Part shown: positions 16,982 to 26,022 of the stretch, one piece after another
Numbering within the stretch: position 1 is the first letter of the stretch
Layout of the letters: every line of letters begins with the position of its first letter
From: a virus
Virus record (IMG/VR): IMGVR_UViG_3300021476_000010
Location: 1 to 38,385 of that record
Reading direction: 5' to 3' (one strand)
Length of the DNA: 38,385 nucleotides
Notes under the pieces: model-generated
The model's input: the letters and a program-made list of their open reading frames with translations, nothing else
Databases searched by the model: none
Told to the model about the DNA's origin: nothing
Position numbers and translations under genes: made by a program

Positions 16982-17728
16982 TTAATGATAAATAATACTA
17001 CTATATAAATCTTGTGCTGTAACTGGTTCTCGATTTGTCATAATAACTTTAATAGTTGATGTATTAGGAATACTGACTGGATTAGGAAGTTCTAATTCAA
17101 CCCATTGATGAGAAGCGCTTCCAAAAAATACAGCTTTACTTGTTTCACTTCCTGTTGTACCCCACTGAATCTCACACTTAAAGGAACCCGAAGCTGAAGC
17201 AACAATTTTATCTAAATTAATTGTTGATACTGGTGTAAAACTATGCGTATCAGAAGCATTAGCTGCAATTCCTACAGCGTGTTTAAAATCGGGAGCCTGT
17301 TCAGTAGGTGGATTAGTATTAACATTAATTGTTGATTGATCTGAAGCAATAACAACTGGAACAGAAGCTGCCATTGTCTTTTGCCCTTCAGTTAATGCAG
17401 AACCTCCAATTTGTGCAACATTAGTTACCCATGGAGATGTTCCTTGATTTGCTGTAACAGTTCCACTAACAGGTTGAGTAGTAGCTGAACCATCAACTCG
17501 TACTGCTCCTACAGGAGTTAAAGATATAGGATCAGTATTTCCACTGGTATAGGAAGGTGCGGAAGTTGTAACGGCGCCTTGCATTAATGGCCCATTTTGA
17601 CCAGCGCTTGCTGAACCTTGAGAAAATTCTTCTACTGGATTAATAGTAGACCCTGAAGCATTAGCAACTTCTGTAGTAAAATTTGTTGCATCACTTCGTA
17701 CTGGTAAATGGCTATCAAAGTCTGCCAT
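16982..17728 (-). CDS. Beta-rich virion-module protein (248 aa)
   Basis: S/T/G/A/N-rich with a beta-sandwich-like C-terminal half. Follows the HNH gene by 4 nt. Confidence 0.5.
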   Translation of the reverse strand: MADFDSHLPVRSDATNFTTEVANASGSTINPVEEFSQGSASAGQNGPLMQGAVTTSAPSYTSGNTDPISLTPVGAVRVDGSATTQPVSGTVTANQGTSPWVTNVAQIGGSALTEGQKTMAASVPVVIASDQSTINVNTNPPTEQAPDFKHAVGIAANASDTHSFTPVSTINLDKIVASASGSFKCEIQWGTTGSETSKAVFFGSASHQWVELELPNPVSIPNTSTIKVIMTNREPVTAQDLYSSIIYH

Positions 17729-17732
17729 AAAA

Positions 17733-18103
17733 TTATTTCTCCTTTAATAGTTGTTTGTGAGTTCGTTCTGCATGACAATTAGCGCAAACTACGTCACATT
17801 TATTTATTTCTTTTTGTATTAAATCTAATGGTCTTTTTATCATCTGTGAAACATTAAATTTCTTTTCTTCAGGATTTCTATGATCGAAGTGCATAACCCA
17901 AGGGCTATATTGAATATGACAGTCTTTACAAGGGCTACATTTTTGTCGATTCATCCATTCTCGTCGTATTTTATATCTTTTTTCATTATTCTTTTTTACA
18001 GATTTTTGATGATCTTCTTTATAAATTTTATTTCGCAACGCTGATTTCGTAATAATTTTTTCTTTATTATTAATATACCACTTTTTTTATATTCTTCGTA
18101 CAT
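17733..18103 (-). pseudogene. HNH endonuclease split by a frameshift at an A7 run (pseudogene, slippage site or homopolymer error)
   Basis: ATG at 18103 lies 2 nt after the upstream stop and opens a 35-codon frame. The HNH frame (CSPCKDC...HFDHRNP...CANCHAERTH) opens inside the A7 run (plus-strand T7 at 18082-18088). A -1 shift gives a continuous MYEEYKKKWYINNKEKII... Confidence 0.7.
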
Positions 18104-18105
18104 TT

Positions 18106-18297
18106 TTAACTTCCTAATTCTTTTTGTAAATCTTGTATAGACTTATTTGTTGCTTCAATATTTACTTCTATTTTAACTTTTTCATCTTCTAATTCTAATT
18201 TTCTTAAATCCATTCGTTGTAAATTTAATTGTAATTCAGAAATACGAACTTGATATTGCATTTTCCGTAAGGCTGGATTTGCTTTAATATCAGCCAT
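18106..18297 (-). CDS. Small coiled-coil protein (63 aa)
   Basis: Heptad-rich LQLNLQRMDLRKLELEDEKVKIEVNIE. ATGA-type overlap with the upstream gene. Confidence 0.5.
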   Translation of the reverse strand: MADIKANPALRKMQYQVRISELQLNLQRMDLRKLELEDEKVKIEVNIEATNKSIQDLQKELGS

Positions 18298-18803
18298 TAG
18301 GAAATACCTCCAAGTAAATTAGCCTTCATTGTTTTAGAGGAGGGATTAAAATGTTCTGCGGTAATTGTAACCATATCTTCAGCATTTGCAATAATAGGTG
18401 CAGAACGATAATCTCCTTGGAAATTTGGATCGGCAGCAGTAGATCGTCCTCCACCTTTTGTCATACTATTTACTTTAATTAAAAATTCTCCACTTGTATC
18501 TCCCCAACATAAAACACCAGTAATATTTAAGGTTTGACCATCTGGAACAATATAAGTTAATATTGTAGTAACAGTTGCAAATGGTACTAATGTCTCTGAA
18601 TATGAATTAACAGTAGTAGAAAATCCTGTACCGCCACTAGAATCATGTAAAACATCAACATATAATGCTCTATCCGTATCAACTAAAAGTCTACGAGTAT
18701 TACCAAATGTATCTGTACCAAGAAGACTTCTAGTATTTGTTCCTGGACTTAATGATTCATCATCACCGTCTTGTGGTGGTGTACTTGGAAACTTAAGTCC
18801 CAT
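18297..18803 (-). CDS. Beta-rich virion-module protein (168 aa)
   Basis: Translationally coupled on both sides. No motif recognised. Confidence 0.5.
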   Translation of the reverse strand: MGLKFPSTPPQDGDDESLSPGTNTRSLLGTDTFGNTRRLLVDTDRALYVDVLHDSSGGTGFSTTVNSYSETLVPFATVTTILTYIVPDGQTLNITGVLCWGDTSGEFLIKVNSMTKGGGRSTAADPNFQGDYRSAPIIANAEDMVTITAEHFNPSSKTMKANLLGGIS

Positions 18804-19072
18804 TAGTCCTCCTTAGGAGGATATTTTTCATTTAAATGATCTTCCATTTCTTTCATCGTACCTTTTCTAAGTTGAGATAATTCAACATGACTTCGTTTAC
18901 GAAATGTCATAGAATCTTGTGTTACTTCAACTATTTCAATAGGAATAGTAATATTACCTATATCTCCAACTTGACCTGGCTCATCAATTTCTGTCATTGG
19001 AAGTGTAAATTCAAATTCTGGAACTGTAGAAGTAGGATTATTTTTATTATCCATATTTGTATGGCTAGACAT
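18803..19072 (-). CDS. Hypothetical acidic protein (89 aa)
   Basis: 1-nt start/stop overlaps with both neighbours. Confidence 0.5.
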   Translation of the reverse strand: MSSHTNMDNKNNPTSTVPEFEFTLPMTEIDEPGQVGDIGNITIPIEIVEVTQDSMTFRKRSHVELSQLRKGTMKEMEDHLNEKYPPKED

Positions 19073-19500
19073 TAATTTCTCCCTAATACTGAAGATATAT
19101 CTAAAATATCATTTCGTGTTAATCCTGGTTTACCAGTTCTATTAAAATTACGTATTTCAGCATCATTTATATACTTATCTATATAATTTTGGTTATTAAA
19201 TATATCTTTTGATATATAAAGTGACCCTGTTTTAAATACACTCAGTGCTTTAAATTTATTAATATATTTCATTTTTATAAGTATATTTAAAACTCTTTTC
19301 CATCCACTTTTTAATATATGACCATATTTATCATATATTGGATATTCTGGTACAGTATTCTTATCTACTCCACATATTTGAACGTATTCACCATCAATAA
19401 CAGTAAATAATCCAGCAGCCTTACTATTATCACTACCAGCAAATATTCTAAGTGATTTGTTTAATATCTTTAGGTTACGTTCAAAATCTCCTGGTAACAC
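19072..19500 (-). CDS. Hypothetical protein in a visibly AT-richer segment (142 aa)
   Basis: GTG start 3 nt after the upstream stop. K/N/I-rich composition differs from the flanking capsid-module genes. Confidence 0.5.
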   Translation of the reverse strand: MLPGDFERNLKILNKSLRIFAGSDNSKAAGLFTVIDGEYVQICGVDKNTVPEYPIYDKYGHILKSGWKRVLNILIKMKYINKFKALSVFKTGSLYISKDIFNNQNYIDKYINDAEIRNFNRTGKPGLTRNDILDISSVLGRN

Positions 19501-19502
19501 TT

Positions 19503-19796
19503 TTACATTTCCTCACGATTAGCATGTGGAAGTTTCTTTTCAAGTTTATCTAAAGGCATATTCATAGCATCATGTTCTGATGGCATTTCATGATCTTCTT
19601 CACCTTCAGCGTATTCAACTTCCAACATGTCCCCTTTAACTCCTACAACTTTTAAAATAATTTCATCGCCAGGTTTAAACTCCATGTCAGGACAAATATC
19701 TTTAGGAATCATTACATGAACATCTTCATGATTCATTTCATGTTCACTAGCCATTTCTGGTTCATGACTATCTTTATTATAAATCGGTAATGGCAT
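19503..19796 (-). CDS. Highly acidic, His/Met-rich small protein (97 aa)
   Basis: HEPEMASEHEMNHEDVH ... EGEEDHEMPSEHDAMNMP flanks a short beta-like core. GGAG RBS. Confidence 0.55.
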   Translation of the reverse strand: MPLPIYNKDSHEPEMASEHEMNHEDVHVMIPKDICPDMEFKPGDEIILKVVGVKGDMLEVEYAEGEEDHEMPSEHDAMNMPLDKLEKKLPHANREEM

Positions 19797-19853
19797 TTTA
19801 ATCTCCTAATACAAAGTTTATTATGTTAAAAATTTATCATTATCGAATCCGAT

Positions 19854-19894
19854 GGGGTGGTGAGTATTCGCGTGGGCAACTACCCACCAACCCC
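19854..19894 (-). promoter_or_regulatory. Strong GC-rich stem-loop just downstream of the major capsid gene
   Basis: Minus-strand RNA GGGGUUGGUGGGUA-(loop)-UACUCACCACCCC gives about 13 bp with one bulge and one G-U pair. No adjacent U-tract, so it may be an attenuator or stability element rather than a classical terminator. Confidence 0.5.
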
Positions 19895-19918
19895 TTCAGA
19901 CCCAATAAAACTTATCTA

Positions 19919-20860
19919 TTAGCTTGCAGCAGTAGCCGTATAGATTTCAATTGCACGGAAAGAATCAAGAACAGCAGTAACATAGCTGAACTTGTATCCA
20001 ACTGTGCTTAATTGATCGAGAGGATCAAACACACCTGAAGAACCAAGTTGCTTCATATAAGTTTTCAGATTATGTCCAGCAAGATCAACAATTCCATATG
20101 CTTCCTTACCAAACATCCAAGCGCGGTAAATATCAACTCCACCCATACCAGCGCCAGTGTCAACTTGAATATTTTGAGACTCCACAAATCGGCAGCCATA
20201 AATCTTGCCAATTTCCCCTTTGTAAAGAGGGCCAGTCGTGGTATATTTATTCAAGTCAAGCCATGAACCAACGGCTGTATCAGACTGAAGATCAAATGAC
20301 TGAGCAGGATGAATAATCGCTGCGTAATCATTATTAAACGTCCGAACAGAATTACGTCGAAGTTTAAACACAGCTTTACGAACTTCAGAAGCTGTCATAA
20401 CAGCAGACGTAGTAACTTCACTGACTGCTCCACCAGCAAATTGATTGGTGAAGTTTCCAGCCAGTTGATTTCGTATAATTGTATCAAGAGACAGTGCAGC
20501 TTGATATCCAAGAACTTCAAGTGCACCTTTAATAACAGGATCAATAGATTCAGTGATTAACTGATCCGAAAGGGTAACATAGTTACCATATTGGACAGGC
20601 AATACACCAACCTGTGTTGACGCAAGAGTTTCACCGTCAGGAACTGTACCTTCCGTTAATGGTGTAGTAACGGCAGCAAAGTTATTATAACGGGTAAACT
20701 TAATTTGGTTTCCTTCGCCTTTTGGAAGCTGACGCTTCTCACCAAACTCGTCAAAGTGCATTTCCTTTTCAAGACGAGTTAAAAGTTTACGATCATAGTA
20801 GATCGCAACGGCATTAGGAAAACCAGCAGTTGTGGTAATAGTTGTATTAAGATTAGCCAT
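19919..20860 (-). CDS. Major capsid protein (HK97 fold, resembles the N4-gp56-type family)
   Basis: Position after the scaffold gene. N-terminal pattern AIYYDRKLLTRLEKEMHFDEFGEKRQLPKGEGNQIKFTRYNNF...PLTEGTVPDG is typical of that family (recalled from memory). Confidence 0.8.
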   Translation of the reverse strand: MANLNTTITTTAGFPNAVAIYYDRKLLTRLEKEMHFDEFGEKRQLPKGEGNQIKFTRYNNFAAVTTPLTEGTVPDGETLASTQVGVLPVQYGNYVTLSDQLITESIDPVIKGALEVLGYQAALSLDTIIRNQLAGNFTNQFAGGAVSEVTTSAVMTASEVRKAVFKLRRNSVRTFNNDYAAIIHPAQSFDLQSDTAVGSWLDLNKYTTTGPLYKGEIGKIYGCRFVESQNIQVDTGAGMGGVDIYRAWMFGKEAYGIVDLAGHNLKTYMKQLGSSGVFDPLDQLSTVGYKFSYVTAVLDSFRAIEIYTATAAS

Positions 20861-20883
20861 CGTGGTTTCCTTTTATAATTAAT

Positions 20884-21714
20884 TTATCGGTCTTCAGCCA
20901 CACCGTGCATAGACTCTACAAGTTTTTCAAGTTTATCAAAGTCCATACGTCTAAGATCAGCAGATGAAGTACCGGCATTTTTTCCACCAGTCGCAACGGC
21001 TGTTCTAGCCTCTTTTGCGATTTGGGCTTCTGCTTTCGCTTTACCCATTTCTTCAGCGGCTTTAATAGCATCTACGCTGCTGCGTTCTCTAGCAATTTCA
21101 TAGGCTCTATCTAACATTCGTTCAATATCAGGCATATTGTCAAACTCAGGAGTTTTTTCAATAATTTCATACATTTTATCCTCTAATTTTTTAAAATCAG
21201 GGTAATTATCTGAATCTGCTCTACGAATCAATACAGCGAGTTTTGCATTTCGATCAATAGCTTCAGATTCAAGCGCATGAATTTTTTGAGCCAGCGGTTC
21301 GACATAATATTTTTTTGCATATGAATCAAGTGCTTTAGGGCCTTGAGTTTGAAAATCACGCATAAACTGTTCGGGATCAATTGGCTTCTCCGTAGCTTTT
21401 GCAAACTGATCAGCTAAAAGTTTATATCCACTTTGTATTTCTTGAAGTTGTCTCTTAACATCAGAGGCCTCTTGAGTGCGGCGTGTAAACTCTCTACGAA
21501 GTTCCTCATAATTTTTCCGATAGTCAAAAGAATCTTGTCCCTTCGTACCAATATTGTCGGTGGTTTTTTCGTTGGTCGTTTTGGGGGATTTAACAGTGTC
21601 TTTGTTATCGGTCTCAACAACTTGTTCTTTTGCGGCCTCAGCATTAACTTTAGCTTCAACATCTGCTTCAGTTACATTAGAGGTTGTTTCTTTATCAATA
21701 ACAGCTTCTTCCAT
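20884..21714 (-). CDS. Scaffolding protein candidate
   Basis: Acidic, helical, coiled-coil-rich 276-aa ORF between the portal region and the capsid gene. Confidence 0.55.
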   Translation of the reverse strand: MEEAVIDKETTSNVTEADVEAKVNAEAAKEQVVETDNKDTVKSPKTTNEKTTDNIGTKGQDSFDYRKNYEELRREFTRRTQEASDVKRQLQEIQSGYKLLADQFAKATEKPIDPEQFMRDFQTQGPKALDSYAKKYYVEPLAQKIHALESEAIDRNAKLAVLIRRADSDNYPDFKKLEDKMYEIIEKTPEFDNMPDIERMLDRAYEIARERSSVDAIKAAEEMGKAKAEAQIAKEARTAVATGGKNAGTSSADLRRMDFDKLEKLVESMHGVAEDR

Positions 21715-21718
21715 TTTA

Positions 21719-22024
21719 TTAATTCTCCTTATCCGCCGTAGCGGGGGTAATTACTCCTAAATTTTGTAGTGTGAGATTCGCACCATCACCTTTAACAATC
21801 TTTGATTTTATAAGATCAAAGACTTCTGAATATATTTTAGTTTTAATACGAATTTCCTCAGCTTCTTCTTTACTTCTAGCATTTAACCACTCATTCTTTG
21901 CTAGCGTAATTTTTTCTTCTAAAGCCTTTTTAAAAATTTGAAATCCAGCATGACGACACATATCACGTAGTTGGGCTGCATCATACATCTCTTGAGATAA
22001 TCTAGCTATTGCTGCGTCATCCAT
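21719..22024 (-). CDS. Hypothetical head-module protein (101 aa)
   Basis: ATG lies 1 nt after the stop of the mini ORF upstream. The track ORF extends to 22066. Confidence 0.5.
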   Translation of the reverse strand: MDDAAIARLSQEMYDAAQLRDMCRHAGFQIFKKALEEKITLAKNEWLNARSKEEAEEIRIKTKIYSEVFDLIKSKIVKGDGANLTLQNLGVITPATADKEN

Positions 22025-22025
22025 T

Positions 22026-22205
22026 TTAATACGTCCACAATCCCCATTGTTTACTTTCATCAACATCGTGTCTTGACTTAACTGACTGTTCTTTAAGTTT
22101 ATTCTCTTGAGACGTTACTTTATTCCCAAATAAAACTGACATAATACTTTTCTTTATATGTTTAGATTTTCTTTTGGCTTCTTCATACCATTGTTCTGGT
22201 GTCAT
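22026..22205 (-). CDS. Mini protein (59 aa)
   Basis: Not in the ORF track. MTPEQWYEEAKRKSKHIKKS... fills the portal-scaffold gap. Confidence 0.4.
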   Translation of the reverse strand: MTPEQWYEEAKRKSKHIKKSIMSVLFGNKVTSQENKLKEQSVKSRHDVDESKQWGLWTY

Positions 22206-22217
22206 AAATTTATCCTA

Positions 22218-24158
22218 TTAGCCAATCGGTGGAACACCCGGAACTTGGATTGGCCCCTGCGGTTCATTTTGTCCTACTTGATTTGTTATTGGTGCTGCTG
22301 ATGTTACTCCTGCGACATTAGGAGTAGGCGTAGCTCCCTGAATATCTTGTACATCATCAGGATTAAAACCCATAAGTTTCCAAACTTTTCTCGCAAGTTT
22401 TGTAATAGTATTCGGCGCAAGAATATCTTTGAAGACTCCTAAAAAGGATGTAATTTGATTTATCTTAGCTTCTTTACCAATCATCTCACTAATACCAAGC
22501 ATCTTAAAATCAACTTCAGCCCTAATCATTTCGGGTGTAATTTCTTTTTCAAATAAATGACCATACAACCCTTTATTACGAAGAGTTTCATCATCATCAA
22601 TAAATTGAAGATTTAATTGATGAAACATACGTAATACACGTTTTACATAAGTTTCTTCTAATAGTTTTATAGCCATTCCAAATTTTTCAAGGGCCTGTGA
22701 AATAATAAGCTGTGCTCCTTTAGCTGTACGACCTAAACTACCGCTTTGCGGATTACCTTGAATAGCTTTAGGTGCTGTAGCACTTTCAATATCTGATTGT
22801 ATTTGTGCAGCTTCAATATAAGCATTTTGAGTAATATTGTCTGGCGCTAGTCTTTCAATAGCTTGCATATCATCCGTTAAAATAATTCCATTTGGTGAGC
22901 TAACAAGAGTATCAAGATCAATATCAGCTAATGAATTAACTTTCCACATCGCATTTAAAATCATATTAACATTATCTAAACGTTGCCTACGAATTGTATT
23001 AAGTTCATGTTGTAGTGGAATTACTGGTTCAATCAATCCTAATCCAAACCATTCACCAATAATAGGATAAAATACTGATCGAATTATCGGACGTTTTTGA
23101 TGATGAAATTCATTTGCTTTAGCTCTTAATAATACCTTACGTGAGCCAATTTCAATAAGTACTTCTTCTTTAATTCCATCCTCATCTAAATCATACTCTC
23201 CCCAAAAGGCTAATATTTCAATCGTATCTTTATGAACCATAGCAGGATCACTTATATTTCTAGTTGAAAGACGCGCTCTACGACTAGCAGAAAATGTATA
23301 CTGTGCTCCTTTTAAGTTATCGCTATTAACATTTTGTGAATCAAAAATTGGATATTTACCTTTGCCCATTTCTTCTATATCTGACTTTGATTTCCAATAT
23401 CGAACAAAAACTCCACGTCCAGGATTAGTAATATCATCTTTAGCTTCAGGATCAGGAAATACATCCATTACATCTAATATTTCAATTTCTGGCCTACGAG
23501 ATACAACTTTATACGATTTTTTTTCATTCCATCCCGTAATACGACTACCTAACTTTAAACCAAATAGTGTAACTTCTTTACGAATTGGTGTACGCTCCCA
23601 CACCCATTTTCGTTTAACTTGCCAAAAAACATAAGCATATGATGTACCATAAAGTAAAAGCTGTTTAATAAATTCAAGTGTTTTAACAAAGAAATTAGCT
23701 TGAGCAAGTTGATAAACAATAATTAATTTAATAACATCTGCTTGGGGATCATCTTTATGATCAGTAGCATCAACATCAAAGAATTCTTCTTGACCAAAGA
23801 GAGTAGTCATAATCTTTGGAATAGCAGCTTCAATAACCTGAAATACTAATGGAATAAATATTTTAGCCCGTGTTGGTGTCTTTTGATTTTCAACCACAGA
23901 AAAATAAAGTTTATAAATTTGATCCCAAAGTGATTCAAAAGGTTTGCGCCATGCTTCCCATTGTTCAAACCATCCTATTAAAGTAGTAACAAGTTTTTCT
24001 TCCTTTTCCATCCTTTCTGATTCATCAGAATACTTTAATTGAATAGGCTTAGATTCTTCATCAACTTTATGAGCTTGATTATCAATTTCTATTTTATTTT
24101 CTATTTTATCTTCTTGAATATCTTTTTCTGTTTGATCGTTTTGTTGCTCTGTTTTCAT
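22218..24158 (-). CDS. Portal protein candidate
   Basis: 646-aa ORF immediately after terL, with its ATG 1 nt after the terL stop. Size and position are typical of a portal gene. Confidence 0.7.
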   Translation of the reverse strand: MKTEQQNDQTEKDIQEDKIENKIEIDNQAHKVDEESKPIQLKYSDESERMEKEEKLVTTLIGWFEQWEAWRKPFESLWDQIYKLYFSVVENQKTPTRAKIFIPLVFQVIEAAIPKIMTTLFGQEEFFDVDATDHKDDPQADVIKLIIVYQLAQANFFVKTLEFIKQLLLYGTSYAYVFWQVKRKWVWERTPIRKEVTLFGLKLGSRITGWNEKKSYKVVSRRPEIEILDVMDVFPDPEAKDDITNPGRGVFVRYWKSKSDIEEMGKGKYPIFDSQNVNSDNLKGAQYTFSASRRARLSTRNISDPAMVHKDTIEILAFWGEYDLDEDGIKEEVLIEIGSRKVLLRAKANEFHHQKRPIIRSVFYPIIGEWFGLGLIEPVIPLQHELNTIRRQRLDNVNMILNAMWKVNSLADIDLDTLVSSPNGIILTDDMQAIERLAPDNITQNAYIEAAQIQSDIESATAPKAIQGNPQSGSLGRTAKGAQLIISQALEKFGMAIKLLEETYVKRVLRMFHQLNLQFIDDDETLRNKGLYGHLFEKEITPEMIRAEVDFKMLGISEMIGKEAKINQITSFLGVFKDILAPNTITKLARKVWKLMGFNPDDVQDIQGATPTPNVAGVTSAAPITNQVGQNEPQGPIQVPGVPPIG

Positions 24159-24159
24159 T

Positions 24160-25434
24160 TTAATAGCCAGTGTATCTATCTGGAAGATATTGTTCAATAG
24201 AGTGAGCAAATCTTTGTCTTACTTTTCGTTCTTGTTTATAAAGCCCGGGTGTAGCAATACTAAAAGCATATCTTAAAGCATCCATAGCATGATTATGAAC
24301 TGCAACCGGTTTATCACTAGTTGGTTTATCTGAGTCTGGTGCTGGAAAATGGTATGTTGCAAGTTCATCTAAAGTATTCTTACATTTCTTTGAAATTTTA
24401 AGTCTTCCTTCTCTTATCAATGATCCTATTCGTTCTATTCCAACTGAGATATTATTATCTGCTTGTCTCAAATGTTTAATTCCATGATATCTTTGTAATT
24501 CAAAAATTAGTTGTGCAGATTGCGGATCAGCATTTATATAACTAAGACTTTTTCCTTTAACAAATCCAGCAAGTTGTTGTAACGATGATTCTCTTTGATA
24601 AAATTCATCAAAGACATAAAATATTCCAGACTTTGCATCCTCTCTAATACAAATTACAGCAGTCGGATTTGTATGTCCAAAGTCAACTCCTGCAAAATCT
24701 TTACCTGAATCTGGAACCTCAAATGGTGATATGATATGTTTTTCTTCATCAAAGTCTGGATAGACAAGTCCTTCTAATTGCGTAAACAACCCCATATATC
24801 TTCGTTCAAATATTGCTTGAGGTAAAGATTGTTTAGCATATTCATACTCTTCTGGTGGAAAAGCTGGATTATCTGAAGAAGTCCAACCAATTACAATAAT
24901 ATTGGGGTCTATTCCTACTTTTTTAATAATATCTTTATAAAACCAATTAACAGCATATGGTGTAGTAGTCATAATACATCTACCCTGGTGTACAGATAAT
25001 CTACCTTTAACATTTAACCAGGCCTGTGATCTCATTTGACCAACTTCATCTAACCATGCTGCTAAAGCATCCATCCCTTCAATGCCATTGGGGTCATCCA
25101 TTGATCTTACGAATATTCGACATGGTTCATTACTACCTGGCCGATTCCATTTAAGATCAAAGCAGCTACGTTGTTCTTTCCATTCCCCCCAAGAGCTTGG
25201 AAAGAATTCTTTAAATTTTGGTAGTGTACTCTGCTGCAATATTTTTACTGTGGGTGCTGATATAAGAAAGTCACCATAAACACCAGCAGAGTATAAGCGA
25301 TAGATTTCATTACACATCCAAACTGCACCTACCGTAGTTTTACCACCACGTATTCCTGAGACTACCGCAATAAATCTTTCTTTAGCCTCTAATACTTTAT
25401 CTTGGTGTGAATGTAATTTAAAGACTCCTTCCAT
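24160..25434 (-). CDS. terL: Terminase large subunit
   Basis: Walker A VSGIRGGKTT and Walker B-like AAWLDEVGQ, followed by a C-terminal nuclease-type region. AAGGAG RBS. Confidence 0.9.
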   Translation of the reverse strand: MEGVFKLHSHQDKVLEAKERFIAVVSGIRGGKTTVGAVWMCNEIYRLYSAGVYGDFLISAPTVKILQQSTLPKFKEFFPSSWGEWKEQRSCFDLKWNRPGSNEPCRIFVRSMDDPNGIEGMDALAAWLDEVGQMRSQAWLNVKGRLSVHQGRCIMTTTPYAVNWFYKDIIKKVGIDPNIIVIGWTSSDNPAFPPEEYEYAKQSLPQAIFERRYMGLFTQLEGLVYPDFDEEKHIISPFEVPDSGKDFAGVDFGHTNPTAVICIREDAKSGIFYVFDEFYQRESSLQQLAGFVKGKSLSYINADPQSAQLIFELQRYHGIKHLRQADNNISVGIERIGSLIREGRLKISKKCKNTLDELATYHFPAPDSDKPTSDKPVAVHNHAMDALRYAFSIATPGLYKQERKVRQRFAHSIEQYLPDRYTGY

Positions 25435-25604
25435 TGGATAAGTCTCCTTATCACCAAATTATATCAAAGATCATAATTAAAGTATTTAACCAATGACCGG
25501 GGATTGAAACTTTACAAATAACTTCTAGTAATCCTGGTATAAGCCATAGTTTAAATTTATTCATATATACCTACTAATGGTAGGCAAATCTGCATAAATC
25601 TAAA

Positions 25605-26022
25605 CTACGCATCCGATATTTCAATCTGATCGAATATTTTGCTAGACTTCTGACTATTGTCCGTGACGTCACTAGACTTCGTTCTAATGGCCCTAGCTTT
25701 CGATTTAAGGCACGTTTCTGTAGGTTTAGATATCTTATCCTTCTGAAACATTTCAATGGCTCTAATCGCATCCTGCTTCGTTCTATAGCCATTTGGATTA
25801 GGTCTAAAGTTTGAGAGCTTAAATCCTGAAGATTTAAATACTGGTCGTATCATATCTGATTTATAATCTTTTTTTATATCCGTTTTGATTCCTAAGAAAC
25901 GTAATCAAAACGATTGAGTTTGAATTATTTTTTAAATAGTAGGAGTAGTCAGTGTATATCCGATTCTTAATGGCCACATTTTCCACACCACAAATCCACT
26001 GTCCTACCCCTGCCATACCCAT
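25605..26022 (-). pseudogene. Two short ORFs (25861-26022 and 25605-25853) that would fuse if one A were removed from an A7 run; possible decayed gene
   Basis: ORF A is MGMAGVGQWICGVENVAIKN...NQNGYKKRL*. ORF B is MIRPVFKSSGFKLSNFRPNPNGYRTKQDAIRAIEMF... The plus-strand T7 run lies at 25869-25875. No family recognised. Confidence 0.3.

Noticed and set aside
19823-20011. 62-aa plus-strand ORF across the capsid-gene 3' end
   Set aside because: It is created by the GC-rich hairpin region and the antisense of the capsid gene, and it has no RBS.
20048-20560. Three plus-strand ORFs antisense to the major capsid gene
   Set aside because: They are antisense shadows of a strongly supported capsid gene, with implausible composition and no RBS.
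21414-21760. ORFs 21414-21662(-), 21433-21741(+) and 21554-21760(+) overlapping the scaffold gene
   Set aside because: These are alternative frames of a repetitive, charged coding region. The in-frame scaffold ORF explains the open frames.
25574-25792. Arg-rich 72-aa ORF overlapping ORF 25605-25853
   Set aside because: Its highly basic, low-complexity translation lies in the alternative frame of the same stretch, and it has no RBS. It is treated as a by-product of the local composition.
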